A DNA stretch of 51,892 nucleotides, counting the filler, from Diploschistes diacapsis (lineage: Eukaryota), in NCBI GenBank assembly GCA_023645945.1. It is 3 parts of 3 records of this genome, joined end to end, with 100 filler letters (N's around TTAATTAATTAA, not from the genome) between each part and the next. Parts side by side here need not be neighbours in the genome. Positions count along the whole stretch, not along the records: positions 34,709 to 51,892 come from JALAIB010000463.1; 2 more parts are not named here. One strand, written 5' to 3'. Under the pieces are notes generated by a model, which was not told where the DNA came from, made no database searches, and worked only from the letters and a program-made list of their open reading frames with translations. Of this stretch, positions 49,781-51,892 are shown piece by piece (positions within the stretch are counted from its first letter, which is position 1; each line of letters starts with the position of its first letter). The position numbers were made by a program, and so were the translations under genes.

Positions 49781-51466
49781 TCACATTCTGTCCTTTGTAA
49801 AGCATAATGTAGCATTAGTTCCCCCAAACCCAAAGCTATTAGTCAGTACCACGTCAACCTCACGCTGTTGAGCCCTCAAAGATACATAGTTGAAGTTGGG
49901 AAGCTCTTCGTCTGGATGTTCAAGATTGATAGTCGGCGGTACCATATTCTGATATGTACAGTTAGCTTTGATTATTTAATATTGAAACTCAAATGTACCT
50001 CTTTAATGGCCAGGACAGAAAATACAGCTTCCATAGCCCCAGATCCTCCGAGCAGATGGCCTGTAGCTCCCTTGGTGCTGCTTACACACACATCTTCTTC
50101 TCTTTGGAAACCACTCTCCCCAAGCATCATCGCCTTGATAGCCTTTGTCTCTGCTGCATCACCCAGTGGGGTGGAGGTGGCATGTGTATTAATGTAGGAT
50201 ACTTTTGATGGAGGGATCTGGGCGACGGATAAAGCTCGTCGCATGCTCCTGTAGGCGCCATTGCCATCTTCTGGGGGTTGGGTTAAATGGTGGGCGTCTG
50301 AAGTGGCAGCATAACTAGCCAAGTGCGCATAGATGGGAGCCCCTCTATTTATGGCATGATTCAGTTCCTGAGGATGATTAACGAAGTTCTTCTGCTAAGT
50401 ATCCGAAGAGAACATAGTCATCTGTGATATTCAAGGAAGGGCATGATATCTCCATAACAGATAGGCTTACCTCTAGTACCAGGACAGCAGCCCCTTCAGC
50501 GATTACAAATCCATCTCTTCCCTTTCCAAAGGGTCTCGAAGCTTTGGATGGAGTCTCATTGTGCGTAACAGTGAGACTCCTTGACCTCTCAAAGCCTGCT
50601 ATTGCCAAAGGATGGATGCACGACTCGGCACCACCAGCAACCATAACATCTGCATCGCCAAACGCAATGAAGCGAGCAGCATCCCCGATAGAGTGAGCGC
50701 CCGTCGTGCAAGCTGTTGTTGCTGCGTGACTGGGACCCTGTGCTTACTTAGAGACAATAGAAATCAACACTGCTAGAGTCGCACCTTGAAGCTATATTTC
50801 ATCGAGATGTGTCCGGCAGCCAGATTTATCAGGAGTCGTGGAACGAAAAGGGGCGAAACCTTCTTAGGACCCTCCAGACACTCAGAATCGCTCTATCAAT
50901 GAGACTAGACTCGCCTTACAACTTTCTCATGCATTACTGATGTAGCATATATATCTTCAAGACTTCCAATTCCCGAGCCCAAACATACACCCTACAAAGT
51001 AATCAGCTGCATTACAATACCAGCTGGCGCAATGCTCACGGTAGCCTCCTGAGCTTCTGCACTCTCGGGCTTCCATCGCGCATCGTCCAATGCCTCCTTC
51101 GCTGCGACTACAGCGTACTGCATGAATTTGGCCATGCGCCGCTCATCCTGTCTAGTATTAGTAAAGGAGGAGGTAAGGTAGATTAGAGAAGCAGACATCG
51201 CGACTCAGCCATTCGGAAGCGTTCCAACCACCCTCATCTCTATTGCCTTGAGGAACGAGGCCTGCGACTTGACATTGGAGCTGTTTGCACCATGGTCGAT
51301 GCTCCTTGAGCGACACTATTCCGGATTTACCCTCCAGTAGCGCGTTCCATGTCCGCTTCACACCTAATAATCGTGAATCGATGGGACACTTCGATCAGCT
51401 TAAAGCCATCTTACCTAGTCCCAATGGTGTTATAGCTCCTAATCCCGTCACTACTACTTGTCTCAT
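49781..51466 (-). CDS. cem1: Mitochondrial 3-oxoacyl-[ACP] synthase (KAS II, Cem1/OXSM)
   Basis: Multi-intron gene. [16 protein letters not shown], catalytic [37 protein letters not shown]. Confidence 0.92.
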
Positions 51467-51652
51467 CTCATTTTGCAACAAGGGTAAAGCTTGCAAAACA
51501 AATATTTTGGCTGTCACCCGAAGTCAAGGATTCGAGAGCGTAGGGCTGAAGGGATAGAATTGGGATAGGAAAAGTTTCCGCTCCACATCTCCGGAGCTTA
51601 GAGACTAGCAACCTTCTCTTTTGTTCCAATTCTCCCTTCTCTTCCTAATGCC

Positions 51653-51892
51653 ATGGCGCACAGCATATCTCAGCTCAGACATGAGTTAACGCAACTACGT
51701 ACGCTGAAAAACCCCGCTACAAGCAACTCCGCAGCCTCCATACTCTTCCTAACACCCTCAGGCCACTCCAGTCTCTGCACAACCTGCCTCCACACCCTCC
51801 GTTACCGACTTACCCCTAAATCCCAACTCCGGCATGCCTCCACCTCGACGGCCACCGCCCCTTCACCCTCTACTCCTCCGCCAGACCCCCTC
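51653..51892 (+). CDS. 5' fragment of a probably mitochondria-targeted protein, divergent from cem1
   Basis: ATG 51653, intron 51699-51761 (GTACGC..CTAAC..CAG). The product MAHSISQLRHELTQLRHSSLCTTCLHTLRYRLTPKSQLRHASTST is Arg/Ser-rich and acid-poor, like a presequence. Confidence 0.6.
   Translation, partial: MAHSISQLRHELTQLRTLKNPATSNSAASILFLTPSGHSSLCTTCLHTLRYRLTPKSQLRHASTSTATAPSPSTPPPDPL

Overview
This is eukaryotic DNA from a filamentous ascomycete (Pezizomycotina-type short GT/GC-AG introns with CTRAY branch sites). It consists of three contigs joined by two artificial 100-nt spacers (N44-TTAATTAATTAA-N44). Conserved spliced genes are: a tandem-domain Q/P-rich protein, an Hrr1/ZNFX1-like helicase, spt8, cti6 (3' cut), a Wbp11-like gene (3' cut), sub2/UAP56, rpr2, a DUF2461-like protein, an FAD-linked oxidase, cullin-4, a divergent pair of TrxB/GliT-like flavoproteins (one with a non-canonical CxxQ motif), sgf73, cem1 and the start of a probably mitochondrial protein. 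Between them lie several frameshifted pseudogenes (PTH11-like receptor, small secreted protein, E2, F-box-like protein, two Zn2Cys6 factors, S10 carboxypeptidase) and a heavily decayed Ty3/gypsy-like relic. The most notable observations are two. First, a long-range RNA helix encloses a candidate GC-donor micro-exon in sub2 intron 1. Second, the GliT-like plus CxxQ oxidoreductase pair sits next to decayed regulators at a contig edge, possibly the edge or remnant of an epidithiodiketopiperazine locus. All calls come from manual reading and recalled family motifs; no database searches were run.
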